Assembly: GCA_902764875.1 (NCBI GenBank)
Contig: CACWXP010000027.1
Location: forward strand, 1,823 to 65,822
Direction: 5' to 3'
DNA: 64,000 bases
Origin: an uncultured Eubacteriales bacterium
GTDB taxonomy: Bacteria > Bacillota > Clostridia > Christensenellales > Aristaeellaceae
Both the position numbers and the translations under genes were made by a program. The notes beneath the pieces were generated by a model. That model saw nothing but the letters and a program-made list of their open reading frames with translations, was not told the origin of the DNA and made no database searches. Below are positions 27,494 through 35,959 of the stretch, piece after piece. Numbering within the stretch: the stretch's first letter is position 1; each line of letters begins with the position of its first letter.

Positions 27494-27726
27494 ATGAAAT
27501 GATCTGACAAACGGAGAAGGCTCAACATTGACATTGGCTGTTGATTGTGATAATTCTGGACTTTGCCGAGTGCGACTACGTCTCCTCCGCGGGCCTGCGC
27601 GTCCTGCTGGCCACCTTCAAGCAGATGACCGCGGGCAATGGCAGCATGAAGCTGACCAACGTGGGCGAGAATATCAGGGACGTGCTGGAAAACACGGGCC
27701 TGGACGCTGTGTTTGGCCTGGCCTGA
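27494..27726 (+). pseudogene. Degraded STAS-domain anti-sigma-factor antagonist
   Basis: ATG AAA, then (frame 0) NDLTNGEGSTLTLAVD, then (frame 1) IVIILDFAECDYVSSAGLRVLLATFKQMTAGNGSMKLTNVGENIRDVLENTGLDAVFGLA*. Three frames are used, and about 25-30 residues (the GRLDT...linker) are missing between the two parts. Confidence 0.6.
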
Positions 27727-27742
27727 TCGCTGGCTGAACCCC

Positions 27743-27771
27743 TTGAAAAACAAGAAACCGGATGCTATAAT
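27743..27771 (+). promoter_or_regulatory. Promoter of the amino-acid ABC importer operon
   Basis: TTGAAA, 17 nt, TATAAT, 55 nt upstream of the SBP start codon. Confidence 0.6.
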
Positions 27772-27826
27772 TCCCTCTGAAATACCCATATCTCCATATT
27801 ACTTTTCTGTGTGAGGAGGAATTCAA

Positions 27827-28921
27827 ATGAAGAAAATGGTTTCCCTGCTGCTGGCGCTGGTTCTGGGTCTCAGCCTGGGCTGCGCATCCGTTTCCGCCGC
27901 TGAAAACGCGGTTCCGCCGGCCGGCGTGCTCTCCTTCCTGAACTATTCCGAAGAGGAGTTTGCCCAGGCCTCCGTGATCTGGAACTATCTCGGAATCACC
28001 CTGTTCAACAACGGCTATGTCGCCTCCGAGGTCATGACGCCCATGGATCCGGAATACGCCCTTTCCGCCACCGCGGCGGACTATCCGGTCAAGTTCTATG
28101 ATTCCCTGGACGCGATGATCATGGGACTGCAGTCCGGAGAGATCATCTCCTTCGACATCTATTCCACGGTGGCGAAATACATCTGCGCCCAGAATGATCA
28201 GCTGGTGAACTATGTCACCTACGACACGGAAAGCGACCGCTCCGGATTTATCGCGGAAGTGCTGGATCGCTTCTCCAACGGCTTCTCCTTCATGATGCTG
28301 GAAAACAACACCGCCCTGCGGGACGAGTTCGACCAGGCGATTGCCGCCATGAAGGCGGACGGAACCCTGGATAACCTGGTGGAGGAGCATATCAACAAGG
28401 TCATCGCGGGCGGGGAACCCCAGGCGATCGTGCCCGATCAGATCGAAGGAGCGGAGACCATCACCGTAGCGGTGACCGGATGCCTGCCGCCCATGGATTA
28501 CGTGGCGCCCGACGGCACAGTGGCCGGCTTCAATACGGCGATTCTGGCGGAGATCGGCCGCCGGATCGGAAAGAATATCCAGTTCACCCAGGTGGACAGC
28601 GCCGGACGCGCACTGGCGCTTTCCACGGGCAACGTGGACGTGGTGTTCTGGGTCCGCGGCGTATCCACCGGTTCCAAAACCATCCACATGACGGATGAGG
28701 AATTCGCCGCCTACAAGGCGGAGATGGAAAAGGATTTCACACCGGAGGAGAAGGAAGCCATTGCCAAACTGGATGAGATCCTTCCCCGCGTGCGGGAATA
28801 CACCCGGGATATGCCGGAAGGCACGATTATTACCGAGCCGTATTTCACGGATATCCCCGTGGGCGTAATGACCAGGGAACTTTATGATGCGTATGTCGCG
28901 ATGATCAAGGGCGCGCAATAA
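27827..28921 (+). CDS. Amino-acid ABC transporter substrate-binding lipoprotein (family-3 SBP, extended)
   Basis: Lipobox LSLGC. Contains TVAVTGCLPPMDYVAPDGTVAGFNTAILAEIGRRIG (SBP_bac_3-like) preceded by an extra region of about 190 aa. GGAGGA RBS. Confidence 0.8.
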   Translation: MKKMVSLLLALVLGLSLGCASVSAAENAVPPAGVLSFLNYSEEEFAQASVIWNYLGITLFNNGYVASEVMTPMDPEYALSATAADYPVKFYDSLDAMIMGLQSGEIISFDIYSTVAKYICAQNDQLVNYVTYDTESDRSGFIAEVLDRFSNGFSFMMLENNTALRDEFDQAIAAMKADGTLDNLVEEHINKVIAGGEPQAIVPDQIEGAETITVAVTGCLPPMDYVAPDGTVAGFNTAILAEIGRRIGKNIQFTQVDSAGRALALSTGNVDVVFWVRGVSTGSKTIHMTDEEFAAYKAEMEKDFTPEEKEAIAKLDEILPRVREYTRDMPEGTIITEPYFTDIPVGVMTRELYDAYVAMIKGAQ

Positions 28922-29070
28922 CGCCCCCCCCAGGGAAACGCTGATGAAAGCGCTCCCGCGAAGCGGAAGAGTGTGAAAACCGCTGTAAATGAACGATGCT
29001 GGCAGCATGCTTTCAAGCTGGTCTGAAAAAATCAGCGTTTCCCGAAAAAGAAGAACGGAAGGGGTTTGTT

Positions 29071-29751
29071 ATGTCGTTTTCTGATAAACTGTACAAAATA
29101 CTGATCCAGGGCGGTTCCTGGAAAACCATCCTGGGCGGTCTCTGGGTGACGATACAGATCTCCGCCCTGGCCCTGCTGATCGGCACGGTGCTGGGCGCGC
29201 TCATCTGCCTTCTGCGCACCCGGAAAAACCCTGTCGCCCGGGGGATCGCGTCGGTTTACATCGCGATCCTCCGGGGGACGCCCGTTCTGATGCTGCTGCT
29301 CCTGCTTTATTACGGGGTTTTCGCCCGGGCGGGGCTTGCCCCGGTGCTGGTGGCTACGATTACCTTCGCGCTGAACGTATCCGCGCATGTGGCGGAGCTG
29401 CTGCGTTCCGCCCTGGCCGCCACGGACCACGGACAGGTGGAAGCAGCCCGCACCTTGGGCTTCTCCGCCTGGAGCACCTTCCGGCTGGTGACGCTGCCGC
29501 AGATGCTGCGGATCGCCCGGCCCGTATATCAGTCCACCATCGTGAATCTGATTCAGTGGACCAGCGTGGTGGGCTATGTGACGATCACGGATTTGACGCG
29601 GGTAATCAATAACACCGCTTCCCGGACCATGCAGCCGCTGCTGACCATCATCATCGGCATGCTGATCTATCTTGGCCTGTCCTATCTCGTTTTTGGGATC
29701 TTTGCCCTGACGGACAGGATCAAAGCGAAGAGAAGGGGGGCGGCAGCATGA
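29071..29751 (+). CDS. Amino-acid ABC transporter permease (His/Glu/Gln/Arg/opine family)
   Basis: MSFSDKLYKILIQGGSWKTILGGLWVTIQIS... and the EAA loop LRSALAATDHGQVEAARTLGFS. Start 29071 has GGAAGGGG upstream (track start 28996 rejected). Confidence 0.9.
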   Translation: MSFSDKLYKILIQGGSWKTILGGLWVTIQISALALLIGTVLGALICLLRTRKNPVARGIASVYIAILRGTPVLMLLLLLYYGVFARAGLAPVLVATITFALNVSAHVAELLRSALAATDHGQVEAARTLGFSAWSTFRLVTLPQMLRIARPVYQSTIVNLIQWTSVVGYVTITDLTRVINNTASRTMQPLLTIIIGMLIYLGLSYLVFGIFALTDRIKAKRRGAAA

Positions 29752-30842
29752 GCCTGATCGAAGTAAAAGGCCTGACCAAGTCCTTTGGATCCCTGCAGGT
29801 GCTGAAAGGCCTGGATCTGACCGTGGAGCAGGGGGAACGTATTGCCATTATCGGCGGATCCGGATGCGGAAAGAGCGTGTTCCTGCGCTCCCTGTGCCTG
29901 CTGGAAAAGCCGGACGCGGGCAGCGTGGTGATCGACGGCCGGGAGATCACGGCCAAGGGCGCCCCGGTGAATGAAATTCGCCGCAGCATGGGCATGGTTT
30001 TTCAGAAATTCCATCTCTTCTCGGAGATGGACGTGATGGACAACCTGTGCCTGGCGCCGGTGAAGCTGAAGGGGATGGACCGGCAGGAGGCGGAAAAGAA
30101 GGCCATGGGGCTGCTGGAGCAGGTCGGTCTGGCCTCCCGGGCCCATGCCTGGCCCACGGTGCTTTCCGGCGGGCAGCAGCAGCGGATCGCCATTTGCCGC
30201 TGCCTGATGATGGAGCCCCGAGTGCTGCTGTTCGACGAGCCCACCAGCGCACTGGATCCCACCATGGTGGGGGAAGTGCTGGCCGTGATCCGCATGCTGG
30301 CGAAGCGGGATATGAGCATGCTGATCGTGACCCATGAGATGAACTTTGCCCGAGAGGTGGCCAGCCGGGTGCTTTTCTTTGCGGAGGGTGGAATCTATGA
30401 GCAGGGGACGCCTGCGGAGATCTTTGACAGCCCGAAGCGGGAAAAAACGGTGGATTTTATCCAGAAGATCAAGTATTTCAGCTTCGAGATTGACAGTAAG
30501 CAATTCGACCTGATGCGGCTGCATGGCGACATCCAGACCTTTGGAGAAAAGTACGGGATCGACAGTAAGCGAACCTACCGGCTGAGGATTTGCTGCGAGG
30601 AACTGATTTACGAGATGCTGGAGCACGGGGTTCCCGAGGGCGGCCCGGTGAATATGAAACTGAACATCTCCTACGCGGAGGCGGATCGGGCCTCGAAAAT
30701 TGATCTTTTCTGGGCCGGAAAAGCCTATAACCCCTTTGAACAGTCGGATGACGGCCTGGGGGTTACCATTCTGAAAGCCATGGCCCGACAGATCCGCTTC
30801 CAGCCGGGGGATGACCTCCATCGGATTTCCATCGTACTGTAA
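29748..30842 (+). CDS. Amino-acid ABC transporter ATP-binding protein with C-terminal extension of about 115 aa
   Basis: Walker A GGSGCGKS, signature LSGGQQQR, Walker B LLLFDEPTSALD. It then has an extra domain (residues about 250-364) that normal GlnQ-type ATPases lack. ATGA overlap with the permease gene. Confidence 0.9.
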   Translation: MSLIEVKGLTKSFGSLQVLKGLDLTVEQGERIAIIGGSGCGKSVFLRSLCLLEKPDAGSVVIDGREITAKGAPVNEIRRSMGMVFQKFHLFSEMDVMDNLCLAPVKLKGMDRQEAEKKAMGLLEQVGLASRAHAWPTVLSGGQQQRIAICRCLMMEPRVLLFDEPTSALDPTMVGEVLAVIRMLAKRDMSMLIVTHEMNFAREVASRVLFFAEGGIYEQGTPAEIFDSPKREKTVDFIQKIKYFSFEIDSKQFDLMRLHGDIQTFGEKYGIDSKRTYRLRICCEELIYEMLEHGVPEGGPVNMKLNISYAEADRASKIDLFWAGKAYNPFEQSDDGLGVTILKAMARQIRFQPGDDLHRISIVL

Positions 30843-30934
30843 ATTTGCTATGCCCCCCGATCCCCATCCCACCAGCGAGGTGGCGATGCGGAGGGCATTT
30901 TCATTGAATTTGCTATTGTTTGGAGGGGCATACG

Positions 30935-32353
30935 ATGGAAATTGATGGTACTCGCATGCTGATTGGCTTAGTGATCGGCATAACTCTGCTGATTATGCTT
31001 ATACTGAAAACAAAGGTACAGACTTTCCTTGCCCTGATTATCAGCACGATTATGATTGGCATCATCGGAGGTATGCCGCTGACGCCAACAGACGTTGTGG
31101 ATGCCGCAGGTGATGCCAGGGCAGGCGTCAGTATCATCAATTCCATCACAAGTGGTTTTGGCGGAACGTTGGGAAGCATCGGAATCATCATCGGATTCGG
31201 CGTTATGATGGGCCAGATTTTCGATCTTTCCGGCGCTGCAAAACGTATGGCATATACATTCCTCAAACTCTTCGGGAAAGGCAGAGAAGAAGAGGCTTTG
31301 GCTCTAACCGGTTTTCTGGTATCTATTCCGATCTTTTGCGATTCCGGGTTTATCGTTCTTTCACCGATTGCAAAGGCGCTTTCGAACATAACAAAAAAAT
31401 CTGTTATTGGACTGGGAGTGTCGCTGGCTGCCGGTCTGGTGATTACTCACTCTCTGGTTCCTCCGACTCCCGGTCCGCTTGGCGTGTGCGGTATCTTCAA
31501 TATTGATGTGGGAAACTTCATCCTGCTTACAATTGCACTTGCACTCCCGATGATAATCGCCTGTATTATTTACGCAAAGAAGTACTTGTCCAGGAAGTTC
31601 TGCTGGACCTCGGATGCGGAAGGCGGTATCGTTGAACAGTCTGGCCAGACACCTGACTACAAGTCTTCTTTCCTGGTGGAAATGAAAGATCTTCCCAGCA
31701 CCTTTACTTCTTTTTTGCCTCTGGTGCTGCCGATTATACTGATTCTGATTAACACCATAGCCTCTGCGTTGAAATTAACCGGATTGTTTTGGAAAATCAT
31801 GATTTTCCTCGGCCAGCCGATCGTGGCTGTGGGAATCAGCTTACTGGTGGCTGTTTTCACGCTGGGTCATCCTTTTAGCCGAGATACCATCCTGCATGAG
31901 ATGGAAAAGGGCATGGCTTCTGCCGGCGTGATTATCCTGGTGACAGGTGGCGGGGGTGCACTTGGCCGCATCATCACTGATTCGGGTCTGGGCGGATACA
32001 TTGCCAATAGGCTGGCTGGAAGCAATATACCGCTCATTTTGCTGCCTCTTGCAATTTCCACGCTGATGCGTTTTATTCAGGGATCTGGTACGGTTGCTAT
32101 GACCACGGCGGCAAGTATCACAGCTCCGATACTGATTGCTTCCGGCACGGTCAGTCCTGTACTCGGAGCAATTGCCTGCTGTGTGGGATCCCTGTTCTTC
32201 GGATACTTCAATGACAGCTACTTCTGGGTTGTGAATCGGACATTGGGCGTCTCTGATGGCGGGGATCAGTTGAGAGTGTGGTCTGCTACTTCGACCATCG
32301 CATGGGCAGTTGGCGTCGTGGAGGTTCTGATTCTGAGCATTTTTATGCATTGA
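30935..32353 (+). CDS. GntP-family (gluconate:H+ symporter-type) permease
   Basis: About 470 aa, polytopic, GntP-like N-terminus (LLIGLVIGITLLIMLILKTKV) and C-terminal half. GGAGGGG RBS before ATG 30935. First gene of the AT-richer segment. Confidence 0.8.
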   Translation: MEIDGTRMLIGLVIGITLLIMLILKTKVQTFLALIISTIMIGIIGGMPLTPTDVVDAAGDARAGVSIINSITSGFGGTLGSIGIIIGFGVMMGQIFDLSGAAKRMAYTFLKLFGKGREEEALALTGFLVSIPIFCDSGFIVLSPIAKALSNITKKSVIGLGVSLAAGLVITHSLVPPTPGPLGVCGIFNIDVGNFILLTIALALPMIIACIIYAKKYLSRKFCWTSDAEGGIVEQSGQTPDYKSSFLVEMKDLPSTFTSFLPLVLPIILILINTIASALKLTGLFWKIMIFLGQPIVAVGISLLVAVFTLGHPFSRDTILHEMEKGMASAGVIILVTGGGGALGRIITDSGLGGYIANRLAGSNIPLILLPLAISTLMRFIQGSGTVAMTTAASITAPILIASGTVSPVLGAIACCVGSLFFGYFNDSYFWVVNRTLGVSDGGDQLRVWSATSTIAWAVGVVEVLILSIFMH

Positions 32354-32386
32354 CAGCATCAACTAAAGTATGATGAGCTGATTCTC

Positions 32387-32668
32387 TTGCTTGATTATGT
32401 CTTTCAGCAGAAGTACGCGATTATTCTGGGCGGGGATGTTCTGGACGCAAATGATCGACATACACACCTGAACTGGTATTATCAGCCCCAGGAATCCATC
32501 ACCCGGGTTGAAAACATCACACAAAGCTGTCAGGCAGCAAAGAGATATATCCAAGAGATGGCGGAAGCCAGATCCGGTCATTATGTGGTTGTTCCTGATG
32601 ATGCACTTGACCCCGGCATGGCTGTGGTGGGTGTGGCAAGAGAAATGACAGCTAAACAGACAATATGA
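32387..32668 (+). CDS. Hypothetical protein (93 aa)
   Basis: ORF only, with no recognisable motif. TTG start. Followed by a perfect hairpin. Confidence 0.3.
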   Translation: MLDYVFQQKYAIILGGDVLDANDRHTHLNWYYQPQESITRVENITQSCQAAKRYIQEMAEARSGHYVVVPDDALDPGMAVVGVAREMTAKQTI

Positions 32669-32673
32669 ATCGT

Positions 32674-32718
32674 GGCTATTCCCCAATTTCAAAGATTTCT
32701 TGATTTTGGGGAATAGCC
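32674..32718. repeat. Perfect 13-bp inverted repeat (hairpin)
   Basis: GGCTATTCCCCAA-19 nt-TTGGGGAATAGCC, followed by gtTGTATAATg (extended -10-like) upstream of the DUF4143 ATPase gene. Confidence 0.7.
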
Positions 32719-32756
32719 GTTGTATAATGAGGCCATCCGGAGAGGAGGGCTGCGCC

Positions 32757-33974
32757 TTGAAACTGATCGTTCGCTCTGCGTATCTCGAGGAAATGGCTTC
32801 GCTGGCGCTGGCGCCGGACATCAAGGTCATCACCGGTGTCAGGCGGTCAGGCAAATCAAAACTGATGGAAGCGTTTTCGGAGCGGCTGAAACAGGCGGAT
32901 GCCGGCGCAAACATCATCCATATCAACTTCAACCTGACGGAGTTTGAGGGCCTGCTGGAGTACCACGCGCTGGAGCAGTATATCGAAGCGCGGTATCAGC
33001 CGGGGAAGAACAATTATGTGCTGATCGATGAGGTACAGATGTGTCCTTCCTTCGAAAAGGCCATCAACAGCCTGCACGCGAAGGAGAAATATGACATCTG
33101 GGTGACCGGATCAAACGCCTTCCTGCAAAGCAGCGACCTGGCCACGCTCTTTGTGGGAAGGACCTATGAGGTGCATGTCTTCCCCTTCTCCTTCAGCGAA
33201 TACCTCGCCTATTATCCGGCCGAAAACCTGTACGGAAGCCTGGGCAGCTACATCCGCGAAGGCGGCATGGCCGGGTCCTATCTGTACAGGAACGAGGCGC
33301 AGAAATACCGCTACATCAACACGGAAGTCCTGAACGCGCTGATCGTCCGGGACATCATGACCAAGTATCATCTCCGGAACGAGCCGCTGCTCCATGAACT
33401 GATCGACTTCCTGATGGACAACATCGGCAATGTGACGTCCGTCCGCACCATCGCCGACACACTGGCCTCCGGAAAAAAGAAGGCCGATCACAAAACCATC
33501 GGAAAGTACATCGACGCGCTGTGCAAGGCCTTTGCGTTCTACCGCATTCGCCGTTATGACATCCGGGGAAAGCGATACCTCCGGTCAGAGGACAAGTACT
33601 ATCTGACGGATCACAGTTTTCGCTTCGCCCGGCTCGGCACAAAGAACATGGACTACGGCCGGGTGCTGGAGAACATCGTCGCCATGGAACTGCTTCGGCG
33701 AGGTTATGAGGTGTATGTGGGTGTCCTGTATCAGAAGGAAATCGACTTCGTGGCCATTCGCCAGGGAGAAAGGCTGTATATCCAGGTGGCTAACGACATT
33801 TCATCCCCTGACACCTTCCGGCGGGAGATTGACCCGCTGCTGAGGATCCGCGATGCTTATCCCAAACTGCTGATCGCCCGAATCTACCAGCCTGCCTGGC
33901 AGCACGAGGGCATCCGGATCATCGATGCCGCCGACTGGCTGGCGGACGCTGTTCCCCAAAGGGAAGAATCGTGA
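32757..33974 (+). CDS. AAA-type ATPase with DUF4143-like C-terminus
   Basis: Walker A GVRRSGKS and Walker B YVLIDEVQ. Overall architecture of the 'ATP-binding protein, DUF4143' family. TTG 32757 lies 8 nt after AGGAGGG. Confidence 0.8.
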   Translation: MKLIVRSAYLEEMASLALAPDIKVITGVRRSGKSKLMEAFSERLKQADAGANIIHINFNLTEFEGLLEYHALEQYIEARYQPGKNNYVLIDEVQMCPSFEKAINSLHAKEKYDIWVTGSNAFLQSSDLATLFVGRTYEVHVFPFSFSEYLAYYPAENLYGSLGSYIREGGMAGSYLYRNEAQKYRYINTEVLNALIVRDIMTKYHLRNEPLLHELIDFLMDNIGNVTSVRTIADTLASGKKKADHKTIGKYIDALCKAFAFYRIRRYDIRGKRYLRSEDKYYLTDHSFRFARLGTKNMDYGRVLENIVAMELLRRGYEVYVGVLYQKEIDFVAIRQGERLYIQVANDISSPDTFRREIDPLLRIRDAYPKLLIARIYQPAWQHEGIRIIDAADWLADAVPQREES

Positions 33975-34036
33975 GGTTTTGGGGAACTGAGGGCGGATGA
34001 GATCGGGCCCAACAGATCACTAAGGGGGCATGCCGG

Positions 34037-34246
34037 TTGACGAAGGTTGAAACTTATTCGCTTGACGGCAACAATGCATCAAGCATCCTAATTGAGAAAC
34101 CCGAACTCCGGAGACGGTACGTTGAAGGTGTGTTAGCTGAAGAACTATATGATGTTGTAGGTGATGTAAATCAGACTTTCCGCGAGTTTTCGGAAGGATA
34201 CATCGTCATAATGGACGCTGAGCCATCACAAGGAAGCCGTGAGTAA
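34037..34246 (+). CDS. Hypothetical small protein (69 aa)
   Basis: TTG start 9 nt after AAGGGGG. No recognisable motif. Confidence 0.25.
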   Translation: MTKVETYSLDGNNASSILIEKPELRRRYVEGVLAEELYDVVGDVNQTFREFSEGYIVIMDAEPSQGSRE

Positions 34247-34378
34247 TTGTTAATTAGAGATACTGAAAGACTATAAAGTACTTCGGATTTTTAGTTTGCT
34301 AACGTGTGGCTATCAGTCTTTGTCAACCGTGTTAAACCAACAGTTATTTGATTTGGCCCTGATTTTTTGATGGCCGAA

Positions 34379-35335
34379 TCAGCATTCATGTCTGCGTTGA
34401 AGCCAGACTTGCCACGTTAGTGTGAACAGGAAGTATAATGCAGTTGCAATCACAAGGATAAAAAACAGTTCTCTTCCCATGAAGTAGCTTGTTGTTGCCG
34501 TTCCCTTTAGAAGAATGTGTGCGGCAATATACGCTATCGGGGCAAAAAAGACTTGCCGCATGATGATTCCGGCTTTCTTCCCGCGGAAAATAAACCATAG
34601 CAATACGGAAACGGCTGCCAGCGCAGCGGCAATCATCAAATAGTAAGCCAGGGCAAGGCGTGGCAACACTTCCGTTCCGCCGTTCAAGGGTTCCCCCCAC
34701 AGAAGTTCCTGTGAATTGCCACCGTCGTAAATCACCCGGCCAGGAACAGGATATAGAACAAGTTCACGTGCTGTGCCGCCCGTATTCATACTATAGGAAT
34801 CTCTTCCTATACCCTGAAGGACGACTGTTAATGTGTCGTCATCATCCCGGAACGATGTACACATGGTTCCGACAATGCTGCTGTCTGTATCAAAAACCAA
34901 CGCTTCTCCTGTGTATTTTTCAGGAACAATCTCTTCTGTATCGCGCTCATACAGGGTATGGTAGGTCCGTCCAAGCCGGTTCTCCGGTGAGACAATCTCT
35001 ACACCTTTGACCTTAATCAACCCTTCTTTCCATGGAAGCATATTCATTTTACTTGTATGATAAAAGCTAGTAAAAAGAATAATAAACACACAGAGAGCAG
35101 CAATGGCCACAGCTCTCCAGCGCCGCCGGCGGATCTGTTTCTTCAGATTCAAAAGGGGTTTCGCAGTTTCAATCGCCGGTTCTGCTTTTTCTTTCATAGC
35201 AGAGAGCTTTTCCCTGCAGTCAGAACAGTCTGCCAGATGTTCAGCCACCAGGTTTTCTGTTTCCGGCTCCACCATTTTTTCCGCATACAGCGGGAGCAAA
35301 TCCCTGATAACAGAGCATGGTATCTTCATGATCAT
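34379..35335 (-). CDS. Anti-sigma factor, zf-HC2 type, membrane-bound
   Basis: N-terminal CSVIRDLLPLYAEKMVEPETENLVAEHLADCSDCREKL (H-x3-C-x2-C) with TM segments. ATGA overlap with the upstream ECF sigma gene. Confidence 0.8.
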   Translation of the reverse strand: MIMKIPCSVIRDLLPLYAEKMVEPETENLVAEHLADCSDCREKLSAMKEKAEPAIETAKPLLNLKKQIRRRRWRAVAIAALCVFIILFTSFYHTSKMNMLPWKEGLIKVKGVEIVSPENRLGRTYHTLYERDTEEIVPEKYTGEALVFDTDSSIVGTMCTSFRDDDDTLTVVLQGIGRDSYSMNTGGTARELVLYPVPGRVIYDGGNSQELLWGEPLNGGTEVLPRLALAYYLMIAAALAAVSVLLWFIFRGKKAGIIMRQVFFAPIAYIAAHILLKGTATTSYFMGRELFFILVIATALYFLFTLTWQVWLQRRHEC

Positions 35336-35814
35336 CCCTCCATCTTTTCTTTGAGCTTTGCCCGGGCTCTGTGGTAAACAACACAGGCCCAGTTCTCTGA
35401 TTTGTCGAAGAGTTCGCCAATATCCCGGAAGCTGAGCTGGCCTAAAGTTCGTAAAGTGAATACTTCCCGATATGGTTCATCCAAGTGATGCAGGAGCCGA
35501 TGGATGCGCATGCTTTCATCCTGACGAATTATTCTTTCTTCCGGCCCCACAGAAGGATCGGCCAGAGAAGTTACTTCGTCAACTGGCTGAACATTTTTCT
35601 TCCTCTGCTCTAGTAGCCATTGATTTTTAGCTATGGCACAGAGCCAGCTCTTCAGATTGCTTTTACCCTGAAACCGATCCAGGGATTGCAGGGCTTTGAA
35701 AAATGTCTCCTGCGTGATCTCCTCAGCAACAACAGGGTTTTCAGAGAGTGAAAGCACATATCTGTATACCGGGTCAAAACAGTTTTGATAAATCTGATCA
35801 AAATCTTCCTGCAC
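35332..35814 (-). CDS. ECF-type sigma-70 family RNA polymerase sigma factor (pair 1)
   Basis: Region 2 (VYRYVLSLSENPVVAEEITQETFFKAL...LKSWLCAIAKNQ) and region 4 (REVFTLRTLGQLSFRDIGELFDKSENWACVVYHRARAKLKE). Confidence 0.9.
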   Translation of the reverse strand: MQEDFDQIYQNCFDPVYRYVLSLSENPVVAEEITQETFFKALQSLDRFQGKSNLKSWLCAIAKNQWLLEQRKKNVQPVDEVTSLADPSVGPEERIIRQDESMRIHRLLHHLDEPYREVFTLRTLGQLSFRDIGELFDKSENWACVVYHRARAKLKEKMEG

Positions 35815-35884
35815 CTGGCTCTCACCTCCTCATATATTAGATGCATAGATCGCAGAAATCTTACAAAGAATTTTGAAAAAGTTC

Positions 35885-35938
35885 GAAAAAATGTTTGGTT
35901 CCCCCAGGATAGCAGATGGTCCGCTCCTGTGGGGAACC
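35885..35938 (-). terminator. Probable terminator after the abiE operon
   Basis: Minus strand: GGTTCCCC-(25 nt)-GGGGGAACC, then AAACA and TTTTTT, 22 nt after the AbiEii stop. Confidence 0.5.
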
Positions 35939-35959
35939 ACAATCTTAATTTGCTGTGCT

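Noticed and set aside
27352-27789. 145-aa minus-strand ORF covering the STAS remnant.
   Set aside because: Most of it is antisense to recognisable STAS coding sequence. Only the last 39 codons (the AT-rich patch) are kept, as a low-confidence finding.
32363-32932. 189-aa minus-strand ORF between GntP and the DUF4143 ATPase.
   Set aside because: It runs antisense through the ATPase start and the hairpin, and its translation is His/Cys/Ser-rich and nonsense-like.
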